The position numbers were made by a program, and so were the translations under genes. The notes under the pieces are model-generated. The model did not search any database, had not been told where the DNA came from, and was given only the letters and a program-made list of their open reading frames with translations. From an uncultured Bacteroidota bacterium (lineage in GTDB: Bacteria > Bacteroidota > Ignavibacteria > Ignavibacteriales > Ignavibacteriaceae): DNA of 64,000 nt. The stretch is from positions 7,181 through 71,180 of the forward strand of contig CAVZSD010000031.1 of the NCBI GenBank assembly GCA_963777615.1, given 5' to 3'. Shown here piece by piece: positions 18,985 through 28,719 of this stretch; positions within the stretch are counted from its first letter, which is position 1, and each line of letters opens with the position of its first letter.

Positions 18985-19184
18985 CCTGTTAGACCATAAT
19001 TCCGAGCAGATTACTTTTACGTGTTCGATGTTTTTTAAGTATTTATATTTGTCATTCCGTATTTAGCTTTTTGTTAAAAGTTGTAATACCATGAAAGATT
19101 TTTTAATTATAGAAATTATTATTACTAAATTCTGCTTTATATTTATAAGCTTTGGCAAAAACCGTTTTATAGAAATCATTAATC

Positions 19185-20671
19185 ATGGACATATATAAGA
19201 TTCTCAAATTTGGATATTTTCCAAAGGAATTACCACCGGCATTCAATACAAAAAGTTTTGCTGATAAATTTTATAATATTGACGAAGAATGGTGTTCCAT
19301 TGGAAAATCGAGAATAAATTATATAGAGAAAGCAATTTTTGTCGCTTTAACATTCCAAAAGTAGGATTTTTGCGACGTTTATTGGGAATACCAAATCCTA
19401 TGCATTATGGGGAAATAGTGAAAATAATAAGTGATTATTGGCCAGAACTAAAAACGCATTTTACAAAATCAAATTTGTCCTTCTCAAAACCAATTGATGA
19501 TGTTCAAAATAACGATCCTTAACAAACGAACATACTTTTTTAAGTTTTAAATATTCGTGTATTGAACAATCTTTTGCTATGCTTTATGAATTAAAAACCG
19601 ATATTTCTACGGAAGAACCCCTCAATATATACTCATATTATTCCATGGGCATTACATTCAAAAGAAATTTCAAAAAGCCATAGAAATGATAGCACCTTTC
19701 TAGGGAATAAAATTGATAAAACAGTCAGAAAAGCTCAATCAGGTCAAACGATTGGTATCCCAATTGGTCCCGATGCATCTCTTGTGATATCAGAAGTAAT
19801 AGGATGTTATTTTGATTATATGCTTGCTAATAAATTTTCAGATTTAAAAGGTGGTCGATTTTATGATGATTACTATCTCTATTTTAGTAGTTATTCAGAA
19901 GCAGAAGAAGTATTGAAATATTTACAATCTATTTTTGGCGAGCATTTAGTAGAAATAAATGAAGAAAAAACAGTGATAAAACAGTTCCCATTTGAATTTG
20001 AAAAAGAATGGGCAAGTCTTGTTCCAACGTTTAAAATTAGAACAACTGTAAAAGGGGCAGTTAACCGATATTAAGAATTATGTTAGTCTTTGTTTTCAAT
20101 TTGCAAAAACATATTTACGGGATTCTGTTATTAAATATGGAATTAAAAAATTTGAATCCATAAAAATTCAAAAAGATAATTGGAATATAATTGAATCACT
20201 GTTATTAAAAATGCTGATTTGTGAACCATCTATATTCCCAGAAATATTAAAAATATTTTTGTCTTATAAAGAACTTATTGACAAATCAAAATTAAAATCT
20301 TCTTTAAGCAGAGAATATTAATTCATTGTAATAAGTCACATCATTTTGAGGTTCTCTGGGCCTTATGGTTAGCAAAAAGTTTTTCCATAATATTGAACGA
20401 TAATATTATTTCTTTGGTGTTAAATTCATCTAATTATTTATCAAAAATCATATTAGCAGATTTATATTTATCTGGTTTGACAGCAAGAAGAATTTTCGTG
20501 CTGGACAGATTAAAAAGTGAACTAACCAATGAATCATTAATGGATGAACGATGGTTATTTGCATACGAAATTATAAAGAAAAATTGGGTAACTCCTCAAG
20601 ACGATGATTTTATTACTTCGAATGAATATTTTAATTTATTGCTCAAAAATGACGTTGAATTTTATAACTGA
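19185..20671 (+). pseudogene. Reverse transcriptase of the Abi/UG (defence-associated) type, five frame changes
   Basis: MDIYKILKFGYFPKELPPAFNTKSF; FNIPKVGFLRRLLGIPNPMHY; ..LKTDIS / PSIYTHIIPWALHSK; GQTIGIPIGPDASLVISEV; GRFYDDYYLYFSS (YxDD box); helical tail ..HFEVLWALWLAKSF..ERWLFAYEIIKKNW.. Shifts are near 19300, 19515, 19605, 20060 and 20315. Confidence 0.75.
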
Positions 20672-21139
20672 ATAAATCAGATAAATGCTGTAACCTTTGA
20701 AGGATCTAACGCTTATAAAATACTCCCTCATTCCAGTGAAACTATTGTAGGAATGGAATTATATTAACCTACTTAATCTGTCAGTAAAAACAGGATATTT
20801 AAGTAAACGCCAATAGAAGTAAAGAATAATATTTGCTATGCAATTAATTTTCAATTGGTCAAACGCAACTAAAAAGCAAATCTCATCCATTCCCTGATAC
20901 CCAAATAAAAATCCATGTTTTATTTTTGTGCCCAAGTTTTAAAAGCTTGGCATTACACATAAATTATTATAGCTGCTAAGCTGTAAACGAAAGGGAAGAA
21001 AAGATAAAATAAGGGAATCAATCATTAAATAACCCGGCAGTAAAAATAAAGCATTGTACCGTGACAATCTCAAAAGCCTAAATGTGGATTGAATGAATGG
21101 CTGAATGAGCAAATACATGGAAGCAATCATATTTCATCC

Positions 21140-21353
21140 GGAAGGAATGACAAAGTGAGTGGAAGGAATCACTGAGCGACTGGAAGGAATGATAAAGTAA
21201 CTGGTAGGAATCACTGAGCGACTGGAAGGAATGACAAAGTGAGTGGGAGGAATCATTGAGTGACTGGAAGGAATGACAAAGTGATAGGAGGACAGCAATG
21301 ATAAAGTGACCGGGAGGAACCATTAAGTGATAGGGAGGAAGCATAGGGAAGGG
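21140..21353. repeat. Tandem array of ten ~21-bp direct repeats (iteron-like), alternating A/B subtypes (42-bp super-period)
   Basis: GGAAGGAATGACAAAGTGAGT / GGAAGGAATCACTGAGCGACT / GGAAGGAATGATAAAGTAACT / GGTAGGAATCACTGAGCGACT / .. The units are contiguous with no spacers. Confidence 0.9.
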
Positions 21354-21455
21354 TTTTTTATTAAGAAAACGGGAGAAATTGTTGAATTTTTAAGCTTTCA
21401 CTAACTATAGTTAGTGTCATGTCAATCATAAAATATTTGGGTAAAGTTTGCTAAT

Positions 21456-21484
21456 AAACCCAATTTCTCTGAGAAATTGGGTTT
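21456..21484. other. Near-perfect palindrome / hairpin
   Basis: AAACCCAATTTCTC-T-GAGAAATTGGGTTT. There is no clear T-tract on either side. Confidence 0.4.
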
Positions 21485-21567
21485 ATAACGCGTCATTACA
21501 CATCTGACATGAAACCAGGCTTAAAATTTAATCGTCAATAACATCAATAAATATAAAGGAGAGAAAA

Positions 21568-22291
21568 ATGGCACAAAAATCAAAAAACTCCATTTCGGAA
21601 CAGCTTAACTGCTGCACAGGTAGCTGTAACAAACACACTTGCCGATGCGGAAATTCAAGGGCTTGTTACGCAATATGGCTACACACCCGAAAAATTGAAC
21701 GAAGGAAAAGCTTTGTATGATGCTGCATTAAGTGCGGTAAATGCACAGATAGCGGCTGCGGGTTCGCAGTTTCAGGCAACCAGTAATTTAAAAACAGCGG
21801 AAACAGCAGCACTTGATGCATACCAGGCGTTGGCAAAAGTTGCACGTGCAGTTTTTATAAACGATTCTGCAAGACTGGCGCAGTTTGGGCTTTCAGGGTA
21901 CAATGCCCCGATCCACTGCCGGCTTTATTAGCTGCTGCTTATGCTATTTTTGATAACGCAGTTAATGTACCGGAAATAAAATCTGCGTTGGAATCATTCG
22001 GTTACACTGAAGAAAAGCTTGCATCCGAAAGGCAGAAGATAACTGCTTATGATTCGGCAAACCAAACAGCAGGAATCATTAAAAGGTGCGGCACAGCAGG
22101 CAACCCGCGACCAGGACACTGCAATAAAAGCAATGAATGCCTGGCTGGCACAATATATTAAAATTGCCAAGGTAGCTTTGCGTGATAAAAAACAGCTTCT
22201 TGAAAAAATAGGAGTAACAGCACGCACCACAAAAACAGCAGCACAAAGAAACGCATCAAAGAAAACAGCTCCTGCAGCACCTGCAAATTAA
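21568..22291 (+). pseudogene. Hypothetical Ala/Gln-rich protein with internal GYT.EKL repeats, three frame changes; visibly higher GC than its neighbours
   Basis: Strong AAGGAGAG RBS before the ATG at 21568. MAQKSKNSISEQ / LTAAQVAVTNTLADAEIQGLVTQYGYTPEKLNEGKALYDAA.. / ..AYAIFDNAVNVPEIKSALESFGYTEEKLASERQKITAYDSA / ..QQESLKGAAQQATRDQDTAIKAMNAWLAQYIKIAKVAL.. Confidence 0.55.
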
Positions 22292-22758
22292 AGCGCATAG
22301 ATTAAGGATACTTGTTCAGCCATAACAACTCCTAGCGGTTATTCGCCCCGATTAAATCGGGGCGTTAACCTTTATCACCAAAGAGCTAACATCAAAATTT
22401 ATTGCTGAGCTATAACCACAAAATAAATTAAATCAATCTTCATAATTAACTAGCATGATTATTTTTATTTTAAGTAACGGCAAATATTGTCGACGTAAAA
22501 GCTAAGTTGACATTTTGATTTTTTTTCTACAACTTTAATAAAAATATTAGTGTTTGCATAAATTGAGACTACCTGTAAGGTTGATAATCTGTTGTACTAT
22601 TTACTTTAAAATGATTCAGAAGTATAAAAAAGCACATAAAGCTAAATTTCACTTGCATTATATATATTGGTATATAATTGAGTGTTTTTGCAAAGTTTGC
22701 TAGTACATCCAAATTTTAATCAATCATTGTTTGCCAATTAACAATAAGGAGGTCTTAG

Positions 22759-24438
22759 ATGAAAAAAATCTTACTTAGTATTGTTGGTATATTCGCTATA
22801 ATCTTTCTATTCACAAGCGAAGGTTTTAGTGATAACATTTCAAACATTCAATTCTCCCCACCTTCACCATCATCTTTGACCTTTAACCAGAATGTTGAAA
22901 TTACATTTGATTATGCTGCGGATGTAGCCGGCGGAGTAAGAATCTTTGCGCGTCCTTTTACCAGCGGATCACTGACACCAAACTATTCCGCTTCGGGTTC
23001 GCCAATTTACCCTGCCGGAAGTGGAAGCGGCAGCGGTAGTTTTACTATTACTTTAGGAGAAGTAGTTGTTGATGAGATAAGATTCCAGATGTGGGATGCA
23101 AATCAAACAACACTATTATTGGAATTTTTCCTTCCTGTTAAATATTTATATTCTGTTCACTCTATATCTAATATAAGTATAGCACCATTATCGCCGTCAT
23201 CATTAGTTTTTAATCAAGATGTAAATATCACTTTTGACTATACAACCAGCGAAGCCGGGGGAGTGAGAATCTTTGCCCGTCCGGTTACCAACAATTCACT
23301 GACACCAAACTATTCCGCTTCAGGTTCGCCGATTTACCCTGTCGGCAGTGGAAACGGCAGCGGTAATTTTTCTATAACTTCAGGTGATGTGATAGTTGAT
23401 GAGATAAGATTCCAGATGTGGGATGCAAATCAGACAACACTTTTGCTGGAATTTTTCATGCCTGTTGAATATCATTTTGCTTCTCTTTCGATATCTAACA
23501 TTCAATTATCTCCTTCTTCGCCAGCTTCACTGGCTTTTAATGCGAATGTCAACGTAACATTTGATTATGCAACAGAGGAGGCCGGCGGAGTAAGAATTTT
23601 CGCTCGTCCTATTACCAACGGATCACTGACACTGAACTATTCCGCTTCGGGTTCGCCAATTTACCCTGCCGGAAGTGGAAGCGGCAGCGGCAATTTTAAT
23701 ATTACTTCAGGAGAAGTAGTTGTTGATGAGATAAGATTCCAGATGTGGGATGCAAATCAAACAACACTTTTACTGGAATTTTTTGTACCTGTTGACTATC
23801 ATTTCTCAACTCATTCGATATCGAATATAACTCTTTTACCTCCCAGTCCGGCTTTTTTCACTTTTAATCAGAATGTTAATTTAACATTTGATTATACAAC
23901 CGATGAGTCAGCAGGAGTAAGAATCTTTGCACGTCCCATTACCGGCGGATCGCTGACACCAAGCTATTCCGCTTCAGGCTCACCGATTTACCCTGTTGGC
24001 AGTGGAAACGGCAGCGGTAATTTCACTATAACTTCAGGTGATGTGATAGTTGATGAAATAAGATTCCAGATGTGGGATGCAAATCAAACAACACTCTTGC
24101 TGGAATTTTTCATCCCTGTTGAATATCATTTTGGATTGGTAACTGATATAATCTCATCGGAGTCTCAGAATCCTAATAATTACTCACTTAGTCAAAACTA
24201 CCCGAACCCGTTTAATCCAACTACAACTATTAATTATTCACTTTCTACTAGAAATTTTGTTACTTTGAAAGTATACGATATACTTGGAAATGAACTATCA
24301 ACTTTAATTAATGAAGAAAAACCGGCAGGAAATTATGAGGTTATTTTTAAAGCTTCACTATTACCATCAGGAGTATATTTTTACAAACTGCAGGCAGGTT
24401 CTTTTATTGAAACGAGGAAGATGATATTGATTAAATAA
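22759..24438 (+). CDS. Secreted protein with four tandem 109-aa repeats and a T9SS C-terminal sorting domain
   Basis: Signal peptide. Repeats start at ISNIQFSPPSP (22837), ISNISIAPLSP (23164), ISNIQLSPSSP and ISNITLLPPSP. C-terminus ..LSQNYPNPFNPTTTINYSL..YFYKLQAGSFIETRKMILIK. Confidence 0.85.
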   Translation: MKKILLSIVGIFAIIFLFTSEGFSDNISNIQFSPPSPSSLTFNQNVEITFDYAADVAGGVRIFARPFTSGSLTPNYSASGSPIYPAGSGSGSGSFTITLGEVVVDEIRFQMWDANQTTLLLEFFLPVKYLYSVHSISNISIAPLSPSSLVFNQDVNITFDYTTSEAGGVRIFARPVTNNSLTPNYSASGSPIYPVGSGNGSGNFSITSGDVIVDEIRFQMWDANQTTLLLEFFMPVEYHFASLSISNIQLSPSSPASLAFNANVNVTFDYATEEAGGVRIFARPITNGSLTLNYSASGSPIYPAGSGSGSGNFNITSGEVVVDEIRFQMWDANQTTLLLEFFVPVDYHFSTHSISNITLLPPSPAFFTFNQNVNLTFDYTTDESAGVRIFARPITGGSLTPSYSASGSPIYPVGSGNGSGNFTITSGDVIVDEIRFQMWDANQTTLLLEFFIPVEYHFGLVTDIISSESQNPNNYSLSQNYPNPFNPTTTINYSLSTRNFVTLKVYDILGNELSTLINEEKPAGNYEVIFKASLLPSGVYFYKLQAGSFIETRKMILIK

Positions 24439-24687
24439 ATTCTTTTAATATCTGAAAGCAAAAGATAAATCCGTAATTAATTATCATGATACGAAAACAA
24501 GCTGAACTGCCTTTAATTGTTTCAACAATTTATCTTTTTTATTTTTTCACACGGTTGTAGGTGTTGGTGCTCTCTGTACAATCACCCCGATGAATCGCAT
24601 AGGCGTCAACTTAATTTTATTAGACATGACCTTATTCTGAAATAAAATTATAGTCTTGTTCAATAATCTCAATTTATTAATCAATAT

Positions 24688-24840
24688 TTCATCCCTAAAG
24701 GGATTCTGAATTTCTTTGGTTTAATAAATTTTCTATAAATATCTAATCCCTAAAGGGGTTTAGGTTCATCATCCCGGAAGGATGGAATATTTATAGAAAA
24801 ATGAAACAAAAAATAAACCAAATCCCTTTAGGGATGACAT
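24688..24840. repeat. Family-C hairpin-cluster element
   Basis: TCATCCCTAAAGGGAT .. AATCCCTAAAGGGGTT .. CATCCCGGAAGGATGG .. AATCCCTTTAGGGATGA. The terminal hairpins are inverted copies of each other. Confidence 0.75.
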
Positions 24841-25271
24841 ATAAATAGATTATATTAATCTGAAATCGAAATAATTATTTTTATTTATGTCGAATTTTTT
24901 TTTGCTAAGTTAACACCTATGCGATAAATCAGGGCATCAACCTTTGGTGATCGAAAGTTTGGAAAAATATATTCAATCATCATAAAATATTAGTTCATTG
25001 TGCCATTTAAAAATAGTCCTTTTGGACGATTGACTATACATTTTTCTTTAGCTATTATTTATCACTCATCTTTCTTAAAAGATATTTATCCCAATCCTTA
25101 TAGGATAGCCCGCATCTTATAAATTAGTTGAGCGAGTGATTTCTAATTCATTTAATTCTTTCCTTTTATTAATTCAGAAGAACTTTAAGCAGGAGAAAGC
25201 ACAAGAATAATTCGGTGAACCATCCAAGGTTTATTGATATTCTTGTATTTATGAAACCAATAGAGGCAGCT

Positions 25272-25547
25272 ATGAAAATAACAGCGTTCATATTTTTGTT
25301 ATCATTTCTTGTAAACAACATATATGGCCAGACAGATACACAGAAAGTTTCTATTGAGCAAGAGATTAGGCAACTTGAACAAGGGCAAGTTGATGCGCTT
25401 TTGCGAAATGACGTTGATGAAATGCAGACTCATTGGGCAAAAGATTATACTGTTAACAATCCGCGCAACACAGTTGGAAAAGCAAGTGAAGGCCCTATTA
25501 GAGCCGGGACACGCACCTACCCTTCATTTATACGAAATATGGAATAA
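25272..25547 (+). CDS. SnoaL/NTF2-like (DUF4440-type) secreted protein, apparently C-terminally truncated
   Basis: MKITAFIFLLSFLVNNIYGQ signal, then ..IRQLEQGQVDALLRNDVDEMQTHWAKDYTVNNP.. It ends about 40 aa short of the usual domain length, just before the next gene. Confidence 0.45.
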   Translation: MKITAFIFLLSFLVNNIYGQTDTQKVSIEQEIRQLEQGQVDALLRNDVDEMQTHWAKDYTVNNPRNTVGKASEGPIRAGTRTYPSFIRNME

Positions 25548-25574
25548 ATAACTAAAAATCATATAGGAAATAAA

Positions 25575-26918
25575 ATGAAAAAACTAATTATATCTTTTGT
25601 TGTTTGTGTTTGTTCAGTCGCCGCGTTTTCACAAAACATAACAAACACACTTGGTACCGGCGGGCAGTTCACAATTAATAATGGTGGATATACTTTTTTT
25701 ATGATCGACCAATCAACTGGCTATCTAACATTAAATAGTGGTGTAATATTGAAGGGTGAATATAGCTTTTTACATGACTATCAAGCGCCGGGAACGGTGG
25801 GTAATAACACCTTTTTAGGAATAAACGCCGGTAATTTTTCGATGAATGGAAGTTTTGGAGAATCAAGTTATAACACAGGCGTAGGATTTAGTTCTTTATC
25901 TTCATTGACGACAGGATATTGGAATTCAGCTTTTGGTGATTATTCGCTTAGCTCAAACACTACGGGTAGTGGTAATTCAGCAATCGGAGAGGGATCACTT
26001 TATAATAACACCACAGGCAGTCACAATACTGCAGTTGGTAATATTTCACTCAACTCGAATACGGAAGGCATCAATAATTCAGCATTCGGAAGCGAGTCTC
26101 TAATTTCAAACACCACTGGAAATGATAACACGGGGGTTGGATATCAATCGCTTTTTGCCAACACCACAGGCATAAAAAACACTGCTATTGGGAATGGTTC
26201 TTTATCACTAAATGCTGATGGTTTTTATAACACAGCTGCAGGATATCAGTCTTTAAAAAACAACACCTCGGGCGCTGGGAACACTGTTTTAGGGTATTCG
26301 GCTGGTTCCATTATTATCACCGGTACTAACCTAACGTGTTTAGGTTATAATTCACAACCTACCTCATCTAGTTCTAACAACCAAATAACTTTAGGAAACA
26401 ATGATGTCACTTCTCTTCGATGCAATGCTGCAACTATTACCAGTTTATCAGACGCAAGAGATAAGAAAAATATTAAGTATTTGGATTTAGGAATTGACTT
26501 TTTGATGAAATTAAAACCCCGACTTTACAACTGGGATAAAAGAGAATGGTATACTAATAATATATCTGACGGAAGTAAAATGAAGGAAACGCCTACAGCA
26601 GGCTTTATAGCACAGGAACTTGATTCCGTACAAACAATAGAAAAAGCAGAATGGTTAAACCTTGTTTTAAAAGATAATCCGGAAAAATGGGAAGCCACAC
26701 CGGGAAATCTTCTGCCGATTATAGTTAAAGCAATTCAGGATTTGAATCTGAAATGTGAATATTTAAAAACTGAAAACGCTATGCTAAAAAATGAAAACGA
26801 AAACCTATCTAGCGAAGTAGAATCTTTAAAATCAATTGGTGAAAAACTGGTAAAATTGGAACTTGAGATAAATGAGTTGAAGGATGCTAAATACACATCG
26901 CTTAACGAAACAAAGTAG
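25575..26918 (+). CDS. Tail-fibre-domain protein: signal peptide, NTA.G..SL..NTTG head repeats, S74-type intramolecular chaperone domain, C-terminal coiled coil
   Basis: MKKLIISFVVCVCSVAAFSQ. About 12 repeats such as NTAVGNISLNSNTEG. ..SLSDARDKKNIKYLDLGIDFLMKLKPRLYNW..TAGFIAQELDSV..LLPIIVKAIQDL (Ser at 26448-26450), then heptad-rich ..LKTENAMLKNENENL.. Confidence 0.8.
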   Translation: MKKLIISFVVCVCSVAAFSQNITNTLGTGGQFTINNGGYTFFMIDQSTGYLTLNSGVILKGEYSFLHDYQAPGTVGNNTFLGINAGNFSMNGSFGESSYNTGVGFSSLSSLTTGYWNSAFGDYSLSSNTTGSGNSAIGEGSLYNNTTGSHNTAVGNISLNSNTEGINNSAFGSESLISNTTGNDNTGVGYQSLFANTTGIKNTAIGNGSLSLNADGFYNTAAGYQSLKNNTSGAGNTVLGYSAGSIIITGTNLTCLGYNSQPTSSSSNNQITLGNNDVTSLRCNAATITSLSDARDKKNIKYLDLGIDFLMKLKPRLYNWDKREWYTNNISDGSKMKETPTAGFIAQELDSVQTIEKAEWLNLVLKDNPEKWEATPGNLLPIIVKAIQDLNLKCEYLKTENAMLKNENENLSSEVESLKSIGEKLVKLELEINELKDAKYTSLNETK

Positions 26919-26950
26919 CTGATAAAATAAATATTAAAGGAAAAATTAAA

Positions 26951-28246
26951 ATGAATAAATTGTTTTTGTATTTTGTTCTATGTCTTTACTCAGCAACTTT
27001 GTTGGGACAAAACATAACTAATACGCTTGGTACGAGTGGTTCGTTTATAATTAAAGATGGTTCTAGTACTTTTCTTACTCTTGATCAGGCAACCGGACGT
27101 GTGGATATACTTAGAAATTTGAGACTTGAAAATACAACCACTCCAGACTTAGGTGTTATATTTAAAGGCTCTCAAAGATTTATCCACACCTTCGGAGCAA
27201 ATAATACTTTCATAGGAATTAACTCCGGCAATTTTACTACGACAGGCACATATAACACTGCTATGGGGGACCAGTCCTTATTCTCCAACACTACCGGTGA
27301 GAGAAACACTGCATTAGGAATCGGTTCATTGTATGCCAACACGTCAGGTAATTATAACACAGCTATTGGCAATGGTTCTTTATCTTCTAACACTGTTGGT
27401 GCACAGAATACAGCTTTGGGAAATCAATCATTGAGCTCTAATACCGAAGGTGTCAATAACCTTGCATTAGGGTACCAAGCCTTATCTAATAATACTACAG
27501 GAGATAATAATGTTTCGACAGGTGCATATTCATTAAATTCTAACTCTACTGGAGGAGCAAATACTGCGGTAGGAGAATATTCATTGTTATATAATAACGG
27601 AGATATAAACACAGCTATTGGAAATTATAGTGGATCTACCATTACAGTAGGTGGAAATTTAACATGCATTGGTTATAATGCTCAGCCAACATCAGGCGAC
27701 GTACACAATCAAATTACGCTTGGTAATGGAGACATAACTTCGCTCCGCTGTAATGTTCAATCCATTACTTCTCTTTCCGATGCAAGAGATAAAAAAAATA
27801 TTAAGGATTTGGATTTAGGAATTGACTTTTTAATGAAAATAAAACCCCGACTTTACAACTGGGATAAAAGAGAATGGTATGCTAATAATAAATCTGACGG
27901 AAGTAAAATGAAGGAAACGCCTACAGCAGGGTTTATAGCGCAGGAACTTGATTCCGTACAAACAATAGAAAATGCAGAATGGTTAAACCTTGTTTTAAAA
28001 GATAATCCGGAGAAATGGGAAGCTACAATAGGAAACCTTCTGCCAATAATAGTTAAAGCAATCCAGGATTTGAAGAAAGAAAATAATGAGTTACAAGTTG
28101 TTAATAACAAATTAAAAGCATCCAATACTGAGTTAACAGGTAGATTAAATAAATTTGAGGAAATGCAAAATATTTTAGCAGCAGAAATTGAAAAGATTAA
28201 AACTACCAATAATGAATCTACAAAAGTAAGCTTAGGTGAGAAATGA
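26951..28246 (+). CDS. Tail-fibre-domain protein, paralogue of 25575..26918
   Basis: Same architecture. ..SLSDARDKKNIKDLDLGIDFLMKIKPRLYNW.. (Ser at 27776-27778). The DNA of 27776-28074 is about 94% identical to 26448-26746. Confidence 0.8.
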   Translation: MNKLFLYFVLCLYSATLLGQNITNTLGTSGSFIIKDGSSTFLTLDQATGRVDILRNLRLENTTTPDLGVIFKGSQRFIHTFGANNTFIGINSGNFTTTGTYNTAMGDQSLFSNTTGERNTALGIGSLYANTSGNYNTAIGNGSLSSNTVGAQNTALGNQSLSSNTEGVNNLALGYQALSNNTTGDNNVSTGAYSLNSNSTGGANTAVGEYSLLYNNGDINTAIGNYSGSTITVGGNLTCIGYNAQPTSGDVHNQITLGNGDITSLRCNVQSITSLSDARDKKNIKDLDLGIDFLMKIKPRLYNWDKREWYANNKSDGSKMKETPTAGFIAQELDSVQTIENAEWLNLVLKDNPEKWEATIGNLLPIIVKAIQDLKKENNELQVVNNKLKASNTELTGRLNKFEEMQNILAAEIEKIKTTNNESTKVSLGEK

Positions 28247-28719
28247 AAAAATTAAATATTTATTTATTACTCATATTAATCTCATCATCAGTTTACAGCC
28301 AAAGCAAAATTGTGTATGATGCAGGTACATCCATTGATATTAGTGATAGTGCGGAAGTATGCGCTGACACGATTGCAGTTAATGGAACTTTTAGCGGAAG
28401 CGGAACTTTTTGTAATTCTACTGTAGGAGTTAAATTAGATTCCCATCTTATTCCCGGACAATTCGCATTACATCAGAATTACCCAAATCCTTTTAATCCA
28501 AGCACTAAAATAGAATATGATTTGCCGAATTCCGGGAATGTAAAGCTGGAAGTTTATAATTCAATAGGACAAATAATATCGACATTAGTAAACGGATTTA
28601 AAGAAGCAGGATATCAGGTAACGGAGTTCAATGGAATTAATTTATCGAGCGGCATTTATTTCTATAAAATTCAAGTCGGTTCTTTCGTTGAAACGAGGAA
28701 GATGATATTGGTTAAATAA
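28243..28719 (+). CDS. Small secreted protein with T9SS C-terminal sorting domain
   Basis: Signal MKKLNIYLLLILISSSVYSQ. ..LHQNYPNPFNPSTKIEYDL..YFYKIQVGSFVETRKMILVK. The start overlaps the preceding stop (ATGA). Confidence 0.75.
   Translation: MKKLNIYLLLILISSSVYSQSKIVYDAGTSIDISDSAEVCADTIAVNGTFSGSGTFCNSTVGVKLDSHLIPGQFALHQNYPNPFNPSTKIEYDLPNSGNVKLEVYNSIGQIISTLVNGFKEAGYQVTEFNGINLSSGIYFYKIQVGSFVETRKMILVK

Noticed and set aside
21140-21353. Possible CRISPR array
   Set aside because: The 21-bp units are directly contiguous with no unique spacers, are much shorter than CRISPR repeats, and alternate between two subtypes. No cas genes are present in the window.
19185-24438. Diversity-generating retroelement (an RT near a highly repetitive secreted protein)
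   Set aside because: The RT motifs (IPNP, FYDD, long helical tail) are Abi/UG-like, not DGR-like. I found no template/variable repeat pair shared between the RT neighbourhood and the repeat protein. The protein's repeats are ordinary tandem domain duplications.
25575-28719. Prophage remnant, suggested by the tail-fibre-domain genes
   Set aside because: No capsid, portal, terminase, tape-measure, baseplate, integrase or lysis genes flank them. Both proteins carry Sec signal peptides, and the neighbour has a T9SS tail. This points to host surface proteins.
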